Assembly: GCF_018350175.1 (NCBI RefSeq)
Contig: NC_058368.1
Location: 127,040,001 to 127,104,000, forward strand
Source of the DNA: Felis catus
Taxonomy: Eukaryota
Direction of reading: 5' to 3'
DNA: 64,000 nucleotides
Shown one piece after another: positions 26,540 through 40,095 of the stretch. Position numbers and translations under genes: made by a program. The notes beneath the pieces are model-generated. The model did no database searches, was not told where the DNA came from, and saw only the letters and a program-made list of their open reading frames with translations. Positions within the stretch are counted from its first letter, which is position 1. Each line of letters starts with the position of its first letter.

Positions 26540-26625
26540 AGAATTATACTTATTATAAAACAGTAATGACCACTAACATCAATGAATGTTAGTGGTCATT
26601 ACTGTTTTATAATAAGTATAATTCT
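26540..26625. repeat. Perfect inverted repeat, 40-bp arms with a 6-nt spacer
   Basis: agaattatacttattataaaacagtaatgaccactaacat-caatga-atgttagtggtcattactgttttataataagtataattct. Confidence 0.97.
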
Positions 26626-26785
26626 ACTACTGTGTGCCAGGCACTGTGTAAAGCACTTTACATTGAGTATCTCTTATTAAAGTCTTTTTGTAGATGAGGA
26701 AAGGGAAGCCTAAGAAGGACAAAAAAATGCATGCCTATGGAGTGATGAGTCCAGGATTCAAATTTGGGCAGTACGACTTTGGTGG
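26626..26785 (-). mobile_element. MIR
   Basis: tactgtgtgccaggcactgtgtaaagcacttta...tttgtagatgaggaaa...ccaggattcaaat. Confidence 0.75.
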
Positions 26786-27130
26786 GTCTGCAAGTAAATA
26801 CTGCAAATCTGTGTCTGTAATATATTTATCAATGCCCGAAGCACATTCAAAACAATGCCCAACCTCTAGTGCATTTTCCATTTATGGAAACCATTAGTAT
26901 CAATGACTTACAAAACAAACTTTGCCCACCTACTGATTTGCAGGTCCTTCCACCCTGAAATGAAATAATAAATACAATGAAGTAAAATAATTTTTGGTTT
27001 CTAACCAGGTTCTGGCTGATAGATGAATATCATATGTCCATATTCAGATTGTAGCAAGACTGTATGCATGCTGTATGTAACAAAGTCCTCTTAAGATGGC
27101 ATTTATGTGCATATATGTAAATATATGTAA

Positions 27131-27131
<1 letters not shown>

Positions 27132-27173
<42 letters not shown>
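27132..27173. repeat. (TG)n microsatellite
   Basis: Read directly from the sequence. Confidence 0.97.
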
Positions 27174-27174
<1 letters not shown>

Positions 27175-27424
27175 TCCTTAGGGAAATTTTATAGGCTCTC
27201 TTTCCTTTTACATAAGTATGTTGGTCTTCTGCCTTCTGTATTTCAAATAACAGGGAAAAAAGCACTGGGCAAGAAAACCCATCACCAGCCTCATTAGTAT
27301 AAATAGAATTTATTATTTTGCCTGTACAATGCAATAGAAAGAAACTCTTTAAACAACATCTGCTCTGCAAACAGTATATTTTATGGAATGTTTCATTTCA
27401 TATGATTAAAACATAATAACAGCC

Positions 27425-27530
27425 TGCGATATGGGGTGGGGCAGGACATATATGGGGAATTTCTGTATCTTCCTCCTAATGTTGCTATGAAACTAAAACT
27501 GCTCTAAAAAGTAAATTCTTGAAATTAAAA
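27425..27530 (+). mobile_element. L1M 3'-end fragment
   Basis: atatatggggaatttctgtatcttcc...aactaaaactgctctaaaaa. Confidence 0.65.
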
Positions 27531-27569
27531 AAATTCTTGAATATATAACTTTAGAAATGGATATGACCT

Positions 27570-27785
27570 GGGTGCCTGGGTGGCTCAGTCGGTTGAGCGT
27601 CCGACTTTGACTCAGGTCGTGATCTCACAGTTTGTGGGTTCGAGCCCCACATCAGGCTCTGTGCTGACCTCTTGCTCAGAGCCTGGAGCCTGCTTCAGAT
27701 TCTGTGTCTCCTTCTCTCTCTGCCCCTCCCCCGCTCACGCTTTGTCTCACTCTGTTTCTCAAAAATAAATAAATGTAAAAAAAAC
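27570..27785 (+). mobile_element. Felid Can-SINE
   Basis: 19-bp TSD ttagaaatggatatgacct (27551-27569 and 27786-27804). Confidence 0.94.
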
Positions 27786-28609
27786 TTAGAAATGGATATG
27801 ACCTTAGAAGTCACTTAGTCTACTGAAATTTAGATCATTTGCTCACGTCTTATTCACATTTTAAGAATTACAAACGAGACTGATATTTGACTCCCCTAAT
27901 TCTTAAAAGAAAACTCCTAAGTTTTTGACCCAGGCTTGCTGTTATCACATGTCCTGATGATAAAGCAAATGGAAGTGGAGTTAATGCAACAGAAGCAAAA
28001 CTTCTCTAGTTTGAGGTGTAATCTCTTTATTTGTCATAAAACAAAAGTCTGGGCATCATCAGAGAAGGTACATGATGCCAGTAAATCAACTCAAATTTGT
28101 TAGTTATACTATGGCACAAAAGATAATCTAAAATTTCTAAATTTTATAAATTTTTTATAATTATACATCAAACCACTTTCCAATTTTAATAAGTTACAAA
28201 GTGTATACAGCTATAGTCACTAAGCATATTAGTTATTTTGTTTAATAAAAGCCACTACAATGGAGGGATTCTTCCAAGAGTGCTGATGTCACAAATTACC
28301 ATCATAGTTTTGAATAGGGACTTTTGTGCAGGGTGAGGAGTGAAGGAGAGGGCTGAGGACTCAGCAAGCTTTCACAAGTGCCTTCACTTTGTGTTCTAGG
28401 AATAGGTTCCTCTTTCACAGAAATGTATGTTATCTGACAGTCTCATTCTTAACGTCAGTGGCCCTGCCCTCTTGGTTTTTCTCCAGGATGGGTTAGGAAG
28501 AAAGATTTATGGGGAGCTAATGCAACAATTCTTAAAGATCTTCATGGGATAAAAAGATTCGGTGTGTTAAGAAAAGTGTGATCACATAGAGAAGAGTAAG
28601 AGTAAGAGT

Positions 28610-28790
28610 AAGAAGCAGTACCGTCTTATGCATGCCTACTATGTGCCAGACACTGTGCTCTGTTGCCACACAGTATTTAATTCTGAAGACTGTGCCTTAA
28701 TCGGATGCCCATATTCCCATTCTAAGATAAGGATGTAGGCTCAGGGAAACTTAAGTAACTCAGTGGCGGTCATGCCCTTGCCAAGCAGCA
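28610..28790 (-). mobile_element. MIR
   Basis: gcctactatgtgccagacactgtgct...cccattctaagataagga...aagtaact. Confidence 0.65.
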
Positions 28791-29266
28791 GACTTCAGTG
28801 GTTTCCAAACGCCACGGCAAGAGCTAGTGCTTGCCCAAGAGAATGTTCATTGGTCCTTGTCAAAGTGAGAGCAAACATGGACCATGGGGTAGGGTTTCGA
28901 ACAAGGCAAACACATTCCTTTTGAAAACTCTCCTTCATTCCAAGGTCATGTCCTTTTTTATTGAAATGAAAATGCCTTTTAAAAATAAAATAATTGTGTA
29001 TATTGATAAAGATTTTCTTGTTAATGTCCTTTACACGGCAAAATGGCAAAGCATGTGGTTGCTGACCTGGGGGTCAGCCTCCCAGGTAGTTTTTGAAATC
29101 TTACTGTGTCACGGAATCCCAAGACATAGAAATGTGTAGTGTAGCTGGACTTAAACTCAGGCTTTAAAATGCTATTTAGTTTCTACCACACCATGCTGCC
29201 TTCTGCATGCTTGAGTGGATTCAGACTATTGTGCAGTCACATAATAGTACATATTCTAGATTCTGA

Positions 29267-29437
29267 AATAGCACGGTCCAACAGCAATTTCTGCAATGAC
29301 AGAACTATTAAATATTCTCTATCCATGTTATCTAATACAGGATCTACTAGCCACATGTGGCTACTTAGGACTTGAAATGTGACTAGTGCAATCGAGAAGC
29401 TGAAGTTTACGTTTTATTTAATTTTAATTAATTTAAA
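29267..29437. mobile_element. MER3-like hAT-Charlie MITE
   Basis: gtccaacagcaatttctgcaatga...actagccacatgtggctact...ttaattttaattaatttaaa. Confidence 0.75.
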
Positions 29438-29698
29438 ATATGAGAAGATCATAATAGCTGATGATTATCATGTTAACCACTGCAGTTCTTGAGCAATCTG
29501 TAGAAAACTTCAGTTGCAAGTCTTCTGAGGGAAGACAATCTTTAATATAACTGAATAATAATAAAAATCTACTCTCAGCTTGGAGGCAAAAGAACATTGA
29601 TACATTAAAATAACAAAAAATCCTGATTGGCAAATGGCAAAGACCCTCAGCCAAAAAAATTTTCCCAGATGCCCATCAGGATTCTCCATCCCTTAAAG

Positions 29699-29887
29699 CA
29701 AACCATAAAAGACTCTTAAATACAGAGAACAAACTGAGGGTTGAGGGGGTGGGTTAAATGGGTGATGGGCATTAAGGAGGGCACTTGTTGGGATGAGCAC
29801 TTGTGTTATATGTAAATGATGAATCACGGCAGCCTATTCCTGAAGCCAAGACTACACTGTATATTAACTAATTTGAGGGGAAAAAAA
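29699..29887 (+). mobile_element. Heavily 5'-truncated carnivore L1 (3' UTR only)
   Basis: gactcttaaatacagagaacaaactgagggtt...gggcattaaggagggcacttgttgggatgagcact; 19-bp TSD gattctccatcccttaaag (29680-29698 and 29888-29906). Confidence 0.9.
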
Positions 29888-30266
29888 GATTCTCCATCCC
29901 TTAAAGAGAAATAAAGATTTTAGTTTAATTGTTTTACTTATTTATTATAGTCTCATCTAGAGGCTGCTGTCCTGCCAGCAAATACCAAAGGAATGGTCTA
30001 GCAAAAGCTGGTGATCAAAATTATCATATTCAGGGTCAAGATACCTGGACTGTAATTCATGGTGTGTGTGTGTGTGTGTGTGTATGCATGCATATGCAGA
30101 TGTGCTCAACCACATGCAAAATATTTCTAGGCAGAAATTTGTGATTTCTAAAACTGAGCTAATGATATTTTTCCTAGTTTTCTTAATATGATTGTTTTGA
30201 GGATTAAGCATTAAATTTTATGGGAGAATTCTCTATCAATTATAAGGACTACCCAGATGCCAAGCA

Positions 30267-30442
30267 ATTTTTTTAAATGCTTATTTATTTTAAGAGAGAC
30301 AGAGGCAGAGAAAGGATCCCAAGCAGGCTCCGTGCTGTCAGCACAGAGCCCTATGCGGGGCTCGATCTCAGGAACTGTGAGATCATGACGTGAGCTGAAA
30401 TTAAGAGTCAGATGCTTAACCCACGGAGCCACCCAGGTGTCT
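30267..30442 (-). mobile_element. Can-SINE
   Basis: Reverse SINE body; TSD approximately cagatgcca. Confidence 0.9.
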
Positions 30443-31432
30443 CAGATGCCAGGACATTTTTAAGAACATATTCCTATCTGTATACCTCTAAGCATGTATC
30501 AAATACTTGTCAAAAACTAAAGGTATGTGCTTCACTCCTCAGAGTCTACTGAAGCTTAGCCACAAAGGAGGAAACATGGTAGACCTTGTGAATATACCAA
30601 ACTTAAACTGATGACTGCAAGGTCTGTTCATGAATCTTTGAGCATTTGCAAAGTGCTCCTGTGTTTGGAGAACTGGATTCTAGACAAGTTGTCTGTCTGG
30701 GAAACATCAACTCTCCTCCCTAGATAAATAGTATAAAACAGGCTACCTATAAACAAATGCAAAGCAAACAAGTGAAACCAAAAAATAGTGAAACATGTGT
30801 TAGAAATTTTACCTCATCTCTACAGTAGGTGGAATAAATGAATAGAAACTCAATGGACTGAACATAAAGAATACCTATAAAAAGACAACATGTGCAACTA
30901 ACTATGATTTAATGTAAAATATTTCTTTTTATCAACTACCTTCTTTTTAGTTTCTGTAGGAATGTATTCATAATTGAAAATAATAATGATTAGATGAAAG
31001 TTTTATTCCAATGCACTTAAAAAAATTGCCATAGGGATCTTTAGAGAGCACATAAATCATAATGCTTGTTTTCTGACTTTTCTAGCAACCCCCTCCAATC
31101 CCCCCCCCCCAAAAAAAAGGCAATCAAACAGAGAAACAAAAAATAACAAGCCAAACAAACAAGCTGGCCCTGGTGCACAGAACAAATTCAGTTTGAAGTT
31201 TTCAAAGATGCAAAACCAGGGTTGGACATTGAGACAAGGAAACATGAGATCTGCATATAGCCTTGTTCTCCTTGGGAGTGAAACAATGCACTGAAAGGTC
31301 TTGGTTTGGGGACCATTCGTAACCATTTACTAGGAGACAATGTTGTCCACTGAACTGCTTAAATGATTCTCTGTGACAGTGCAGCCTCCCGCATTTTCAG
31401 AGAGGCAAGCAGCTATTCTCTCCTCCTGCTTT

Positions 31433-31646
31433 AAAAAAAAAAAAATTTAACGTTTATTTTTGAGACAGAGAGAGACAGAGCATGAACAGGGGAGGGTCAG
31501 AGAGAGAGGGAGACACAGAATCCGAAATAGGCTCCAGGCTCTGAGCTGTCAGCACAGAGCCCGACACGGGGCTTGAACTCAGGAACCGCGAGATTGTGAC
31601 CTGAGCCGAAGTCGGACGCTCAACCGGCTGAGCCACCCAGGCGCCC
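31433..31646 (-). mobile_element. Felid SINEC_Fc
   Basis: TSD ctctcctcctgcttt (31418-31432 and 31647-31661). Confidence 0.94.
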
Positions 31647-34286
31647 CTCTCCTCCTGCTTTTAACTTGTCACTTCCAGTGAGAAGTTACAGAAACTGAAA
31701 GCTTACATATGTCTAGACATAAATTGTCCAGTCATTAATGACAACACACTTTTCTTTGTCCAGGGTTAAGAAAACCCCTGAAATCTCAAGACAGTTAATG
31801 GAAACCTGACACAAAACCAGAGAGAAATTGCACTAGGCAGGTGGAATCATTGTGCTATTTCTACAGCAAATCTCACCTGTGGTACACAGCAAGGTGCCAG
31901 AAATCCAATAGCAAAGTCCAGTGTCTGATGTTCTTTACCTGTTTTTTTTTTTTTTTTTTTTTTTTCTGAAGAAAAACCATGGGTCTCGTTAAAGGCTTCC
32001 TTTGTCCACTTTTGTAATACTATACCTTTAAATGCTTCATATTGCAGGGATTTAGTGGCAATGAGTTACTCATACTCCCTAGTACATCTTATCTCAAGAA
32101 ACACATCCCATAAATGTTCTAGCACTATGATTACTTTATATGGCTCAGATAACAGTACAGAAGACATGGAGAATAATTCACTAAGGATCTAAGACTGGTA
32201 AGCAAAATAAATATTTAAAGTGACTGATATGTAAGTGAAAGAGGGATATATAGAATCTTAATATTGACTGGGAAAGTCTCCTTTTCTACCTAGAATTAAG
32301 AAAAAATAAGTGACAGGAATGCACGATCCAAACAAAATTTTTCTCTTGTTTCCGTGGGCCTATGGTATCTTCAAACAATACCCTGGCATGGAATAGCCAC
32401 TGTCAATATTTGCTGAATGAGGAAAAACATTTCACTCTGAACTAAAAATGCAGGCAATTAACACAGTCCTTTATTTGGAAAATGGTAGAAGACACGGACG
32501 TGGCACTTCCATCAGGAACGGACGGTCTTCTTTCTCCCAGCCTGTCACCAACTGCCTTTCCTACCACCCATCACCAAAATTTAAAATTCAGAAAATTCCA
32601 TTTTCGAATACACTGGAGCATGGTTTTTATTTTAGTCCTCCTTAATACACAGAGGAATAAACATGGGGGAAAGGAAACCAATGAGATCCCGCAGGCCCGG
32701 TGTCCACAACTGACAGAACTAGATAGAACCTCTTTTGTAATGGCCACCTGCCCCTGACCAATCAAGAGACAGGAGCCAATAATTTCCACCCAAGTCACTC
32801 ACCTGGGGCCACTCAGCACTGACAGCGCTGGACAGGCTACTGTGCTCAGTTTTCTTATTGAACATGGTTTTAAAAATTTCCTAATTTTAGTTAATTTTAC
32901 TCACAGATTGCTCCGAGGGATTGTGTTCTTTGTACACACTGAAAAATAAGCTGGCTCCTCCATGACTGAGGTTGATTCAAGTTTACTCTCCAGCAGGAGT
33001 CTGATGACTCACAGAATTGTGGGGTGATCACTTTTATTTTAAGCACCTTTCTTCTCATTTTTTTAAAAGTAGATGTTACCCTTTGTTAAATAATAAGTCT
33101 AAGGTAAGAGTATAGCTGTATCATCAAATGTTTACAAGTTTAAACAGCTCATTCTCATAGACCCTTTTCTTCTAGGTATTGGAGCTGAAGAACACTTGGG
33201 TGACTATCTTTATGTTTCTTCCCTGTGCCCCCTTCCCCCCTGCCACACAGTTAAAACTAGAGTCCAAACAACTGAGGAATGTACAGGATATGAAGAAAAT
33301 TCAGAAAGGAAAATGGCACACTAAATATTAGGGCAAATTCCCCTGAAGATGTAATAGATTGCAGGAATCTAATCACAGAAATAATGAGTTTTTAATGTTT
33401 GGTCATTCTCTATTTCTGTTTTCCCCCTGCTTTAAGGACCTGTCAAAACTAATATTTATTTTCCCATTTCCCCTAAGACCTCAAGATATATCTATTATTT
33501 GGCACTGATAATCAAAGCCTATTTGAACAAATAACTTAATTAATTTGTTACCTAAACATGCTCACACCATCTTGCTGGAGTAATGCATTAAAATCAACTC
33601 TTTATTTTTACTCTATGGCATCAATAGACATGATCACTTCAAATATCAGAACATTAGAACTTCCTTTTTATAATTTTTTAAAAGTATGAGATTAGAAAGA
33701 AATAAAATGTGTACTTGGCTGGTATTTTTAATTCCTTAATTCAAAGACTCAAGAAGTATGTTTAACTACTTTACAAATATTGTTTTTACCATTCATGGAA
33801 TTCTTATTTTTGGTGTAGTTTTTTTTTTTTTTCTTGTTGTTGTTTTGGTCTCTTGAGGCAGATGTAAAATGACCTCAGTGACTAGACAAAGAAGTGGAAT
33901 TATAAAAAAAATAGAGAAGAAAAAACAATGTAGCAAAAAAAGGTATTCTATGACCTAAGAATAGTCTGCCAACAGGCTTCTTGGTATTTAATGGCTAGTG
34001 TTAGTGTCTGCATCAATATTCTACAATGATAATAGTAATAGTGGCCAAACCCACAGGGTTTGTCTGGCTCATTATCAAAATAACATTGCTTTTGACAATA
34101 ATCAAAGGTTTTTGTCTACCTGGGGTCCTAACATAACTAGAAATGGAACAAATTCTCTACTCTAGAGCTCAAGAAGTTCATGGCTTCAAATCTGTAGAGT
34201 CGTTTTTTCTTTCTCTTAACCAAATCTCTCTTCACGCAGAGATTTGATTTAACTCCAATCCTAAGGACATGTACAATCACTCTAAC

Positions 34287-34752
34287 ACAGAGGTTCTCAG
34301 ACTTTCTCAGTTCATGACACTCTTAGTTCTCAGTAATTGTTTATGGCAATCACTGGCCAAAAGAAATAATGAATAGCTAGAAATATTAAGTATTTAGGTC
34401 CAAACTATTGAATAAGGTTTTGTCACGGCAGTTTAGCACTTATTGAGGATCCCACAACTTCTCACTTTGGAATAAGATTGGATGATGCCTCTCTCATTTT
34501 CTGTTCCACATTAACTTTTGTGTAGTACTTGCTTTTGATCACAGCAATCATCAAAAGTTCAGTTTTGCAAAGATAAGGTATCACGGAAAGAAAAAATAAT
34601 GACCTAAAGTTGAAACTGGGAACTAAGTTTAGCTATTGGTTCCCCAGGTGACTGACAGATGTTACAATGTTTCCCTTAAAATACCCCAGGCAGCCATGTG
34701 AGTTCTCTGTAGTGCCCCAGGGTACTGCATGCAGCCCACGTTTTGGCAATGA
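34287..34752. mobile_element. Charlie4a-like hAT DNA transposon relic
   Basis: cagaggttctcagactttctcagttcatgacactcttag...ggccaaaagaaata...ttaggtccaaac. Confidence 0.65.
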
Positions 34753-37033
34753 AAACATGGCCCTGGTCTCCTTACTCTCATACCATAGACAAAGGGTGAG
34801 GACACCTCAGTCAAGAAAACTCAGGAATTAGGGCAGGAATTATGTGGCCGTTATACCTTTCTGTGTTTAATTCCAGAGGACTCTCAAAGGGTAAATGAAT
34901 GTTAGAAAGGAGATGGACTCAATGGTATAATAACGTATCTTTTTCTTTTTCTTGTTAGAGATACCCTAGTAAGAAGACCAAGGAAGAATAATGTAACCTG
35001 TAACAGGAGAAATGAATAGAAATGTAAACAATCATCCTTTCCTTTTTCAAACTCAGGTCTAGAGGCAACAGCATCCTTCTACTCAAGCAGGGGCCAAGAA
35101 TGGCTAGGACTGAAAATTCACAATCGAGGCTCGAGAGTTGGTGAGGCAGTTGCTAACTACTAAAGGCTCAAGAGGTGCTGAGGGGGTAGCAATTTGAGAC
35201 AAGGGGTGCGAGACCATGTCAATTCGCTGGGAGAATGTCCAGAAGTGCTGGATGTCCAGAGTGCTGCGGCACTCCAAAGACATGATCAATGTGACCCTAT
35301 ACTTTTATGGGATGATGGGGACTAAGGACCTAGACTGCCAAGTGTGCCCCCATTTTCCGTGGTATATTGAGTCTACTCACCTCCTTCTCCTTCCCTCTTC
35401 CGCACCTTTCCCCCATATTCTGTAGCTGTAAGTATGTAAGTATGGATAAAGAGCTACTTGGATTGCCTCTGGTTCTGTACGTTGATGTTTATATGGCAGA
35501 AGATTGGGGCAAGAGGTGAACTGAAAAACTTTTCAAGTGAAGTGGTTTGACAGGCAGGCACCGTGTATTCAATAAACTCATAGTTTTATTACTAAATTCT
35601 ATTTGTCTTGACACTGATAATTCTCCCGTTAAATTTCCTGGGATATCCGTGTATTTGCAAATATAAACAACATTATATGACTGGAGGAAGTGCAACAAGA
35701 GAAATCACTGTAATTCAGAAGGATAAACAAGGTTAAATGCATTTTGGAGAACTTTAAGAGGGAAAAAGCTGCATACGTTTTATGTAATTATTCATTTATT
35801 CTGTAATTTTCTGCTTGTTTCTTCATGACAGCAATCTTCTGTTATGTAGTTTTTCCTATTTTTATAAAATACCTTTTATGATTAATGGTAGTTTAAATTT
35901 ACTTTTCACGTATTTATTTCTCTACTGTACTTATGCTGGTGCTTTAAAATTTTACTCTTTCTTATTATTCTTGCTAATGGGGACACACTGACCAAACTAT
36001 GTGGTAGCCTTCTGAGCAGAAGCTGCCAGAAACTTCACTTTTGCCTTATATACGCTTATTTTTTAGATGCTAAATTTAGCCTTGTCCTATAGAATTGTAT
36101 GTATTTTCCAAGAGTCAGTCACATATTTTCTTTATTACTTCTTTTGACTTATTTGAGCTTTTACTTAATTTTATTCTTAAAATATAATTAAAAAACAAAT
36201 TTTCATAATGCCAAATAATCCATTGGGTCAAAGGAATTTGGTTAACAGTGACTTCTGTTTCTCAGCAGATTCTGCTACAATAGTTCACGGCACTTTGTTT
36301 ATAACGGCATTTTCAAAAAAATGTTCTAGAGATGATTAAAATTTTTGTTGTAGCTTTAAAAAAGTTTAAGCTCTGTGGACCTTGGATCCCTCATTTATAA
36401 ACTGGTGTAATGATGTTCCTATCCATAGGGCTATTAAAAGCATCAAATGAGGTTGCAGACGTGAAAATACTTACAAAAGTAAAGGGTGACATACACAGGC
36501 AACATGTGCTATGATCACCATTATGACCATTATTAGTCTTAATTTCTCCCTATTGTCTCCACTGTTTCACTAGGATCTATTTATAGAAGATAAGATGATG
36601 ATGTCCTGTCTATTAGGAAGTAATGATTTTTCTTCTCACTTTCTCAATAAATTAAACAATTATATTTCAACTTAAAGAGCATTTAAAGGTTTTCCCAAAC
36701 ATCTCATTCACATAGGTAATCACAGACCTTCAATGGTACTGTTTGAATTTGAAGTTTCTAAGGGGTTTTCTCAATGGATATGCTTAACTAGAACGATAAA
36801 TATAAAATCATCAAAAGTGATTAAAATATGTGATGGTATCATTTCCTATAAAGTACAGTTGAATTATAGACACTGAATAATATTCTCAGTATTATCATGA
36901 ACTAGGTAAGATAAGAAAATGGAGGCTCACATATGGCTACTTGTGGAGTCAAGTGAAGAGAAGGCATAATCCTTTATGTGTAGAAGATATAGGTACTGTC
37001 AGATTAATGACTAAAATGGTGATTATTTATTCT

Positions 37034-37263
37034 GTATTTTAAACTAAAAAAATTTTTAATGCTTATTTATTTTGAAAGAGAGAGAGAAACAGAGTGCGAG
37101 CAGGAAAGGGGTAGAGAGAAAGGGAGACACAGAATCTGAAACAGGCTCCAGGCTCTGAGCTGTCAGCGCAGAGCCCGACATAAGGGCTTGAACTCATGTG
37201 GACTGGAGATCATGACCCGAGCCCAAGTTGGAAGCTTAACCAATTGAGCCACCCAGCTGCCCC
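37034..37263 (-). mobile_element. Felid Can-SINE
   Basis: 16-bp TSD ggtgattatttattct (37018-37033 and 37264-37279). Confidence 0.94.
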
Positions 37264-37899
37264 GGTGATTATTTATTCTATTCACCTTGCTTCTCTGAGA
37301 AACTTGATCTCCCTAGGGGAAAGTATGCTTTCCAGCAGTCTGCCACTTTATTGCTCCAATGTAAATATCCAGGGGGAATGAAAAAAAGCTGAACGTGTCA
37401 AGACATTACTTTTCAAAAATTTATAGAGTTGCATCAAGGCCTGATTAAATTTGTCAATCTTACATAAACCCAATCAGATTAAAAAAAAATGTTTTGCATA
37501 GGTACAGGGAAAAATTAGGTCATCCTTATAGTTTGCTTTAGAAAGAAAAACACAATGTAAATATAAAATATAGGCTTTTCATAAAATGCATGGAATATTT
37601 AATCGTTACCAGAATACACTAGAGGGTATAAGAGAAACAATCTGTGCACTTGTATTCAAAAATCAATTTACTAAAATTTTAGACAATAGATTACATCACT
37701 TTTCTCTACCACTTTGCCAAAGTTAATCCCTTTACTTGAGCTCCTCATTGTATTTTTGTCAGTGGCTACAGCTCCATATTTAATGCTTCCTCTTTCTCTC
37801 AGTTCACCTGTCCTGAATTTCAAGAAATTTTCCTTGAACCTAATTCTCCCTAAAGCAGCTTTACTCCTCCCTCCCCCTTTAATTTATGGACTTTGAAGG

Positions 37900-38845
37900 A
37901 GATGCCTACATTTGTCGATACCTCAGCTTTCAATTCACTCCTCAACCCACTAGGCTTCTAATTCTGTTATCCTCACTCGGCTGTCAACACAAACCTAGCA
38001 ATTACCGAAAGTAACTGGTTCTTCTCATTTCTTCTCCTCATCCTCCGGAGAGTTGTTTCTGCTCTCTGTCCTTGTCCTTTCACTATAGTCTTGTTTCCCT
38101 TAGAGTTTTATCCTCACAACGTAAGAGCCAAATTCATCTTCTATTATTTGCCATTACATTGTCTACTCTCCATCCTGTGTTCCTTATGTCAACATCACCA
38201 CTCATTTACTTGTTCAGGATGAAAACTTCAGCATTCTTTTTGACTCTCTATCCACTGGCTGTCCCCCAACACACACACATGCATGCACGCACGCGTGCTA
38301 TTTTGTAATCCTCCTGCCTCTGAAACAACTTCGTCATCCCACCCCCACTTTCTTGACTGAGCCTGCAGCATACTTAACCTACTTTGTTTCTATGAATTTC
38401 AGCATGATCTACTTCCCTGTGGTCACTTCACCCTATATAATCGCTTAACAATAGAGTAATCAGAAGCAATAAAAAGAATATAAGTGTGTCGAATCTCACC
38501 TAAAAACTCTCAGGTCCCATAGACTGTATTCACATCTTCTTTCCCTCCTGCCACATTTCACTATTCACAACAACCAGATTGTTATTTTTTAATGGAGCCA
38601 TGATTTTTCTATGTCTAACATTATGCAAATATTACCTCCATTAGCCTGGCTTTCCCTAACTGTCAAAAGGCCCTTCCCTTCTCTCTGCTCCCACAATTTT
38701 GTGAATGCCTCAAGGATGATGCTGACCATATTTTATTTTACTGGTCTAAAATGTCAACCCTCCCACTATCTGCAGATTGGCAGCTTTGAATACACTATAT
38801 TTGCTCAATAAGTATTTTTATGATGGGTGAATGAATAAACAAATG
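37900..38845 (+). mobile_element. Degraded L2 fragments
   Basis: cactcctcaacccact...; terminal tgctcaataagtatt...gaatgaataaa. Confidence 0.5.
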
Positions 38846-39873
38846 TCTTGAATTTCAAATATGAGAAAATGGGACAAAAATATCATGGAAATAGGGTCAT
38901 TGGGAAAAGGAAGTTGTTTTGGCATGTCTACATTTTACAATGAATTAATGACAGATATGTATTAATCATGAGGGTAACAGTTGAACAAGAAAGCATAAAT
39001 TTCCAGAAGGCAATAGTGGTATAGACCTAGAGCTCACTTGTTAATAATGAACATGTACTAATGAAGGACTATCAGGTACAGCTGAATAACAAAGTACACA
39101 TTTCCAGAAAACATGTAAGTGCTAGAGATCTTGAGCTCAACTGAGATTGCAGGGCCAGAGATACTGAGAAGTCATCCGATGAAAGCTGATAGTTGAACCC
39201 ATATACAAAAGACTTTTCCAAAGCACAGACCACAGGTCAGGAGCTATACTTTGGGGAAGTATGTTGCAGTGTGATAAAAGATGTTGGTGAAGAAGACGTC
39301 TGTGAGCAGGAGGGAAGAGAGGACCCAAGAGTGATGAAGGCCAGGGGATGAGACACACCTTGTGTTTCCTCTAATAACTGGTGTCTTCCTTCCACTCTGT
39401 GGGTGACTGACAAATATTACTTAAATAAATGGATTTTCTGAGGTCAATATGAACGGAAGATAGATTTCAGAATACTGAGGCAATATAGCATGGTAAGGAA
39501 ACATAGATCTGTGGGATAGGGGCAGAAGGATAGGGAGACCTAGAACTTACTGAAAAAGTTTCATTGCCAAAAGGGCAGAGAAAAACAAAAGGAAACTGAA
39601 TATTTCTGGAAAGATGGTGCAGACCTATGCATAAAGGTAGGTGGTGAAGTACCTTTACCTATAGCTCACAAGGACACACATTAGGGCTTACATGCTATCT
39701 TTTCCAGTAATTATTAGATCTGAGACCTGTCATTCCATAAGGTTATTAGTTAACTGGGGTCAAGAACCCTGTCTTATAGTTTTCTTGTATATCCTTCAGT
39801 GCTTCAAACTACTACTACTACTACTAAATAGGAGTTTAATAATTCAGTATTTGAATCAAAATAATTGCAGTTT

Positions 39874-40095
39874 AGGGGTGACTGAGTAGCTCAGTCAGTT
39901 AAGCATCCAACTCTTGATCTCGGCTCAGGTCATGATCTCACAGTTTGTGAGTTTGAGTCTCACATTAGGCTCTGTACTGACAGCATGAAGCCTGCTTAGG
40001 ATTCTCTCTCTCTCTTTCTCACCCCTCTCTCTCTGCCCCTTCCTTGCTCATATACATATGTCCTCTCTCTCTCTGAAAATAAATAAACTTAAAAA
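39874..40095 (+). mobile_element. Can-SINE
   Basis: TSD aat(a/g)attgcagtttag. Confidence 0.92.
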
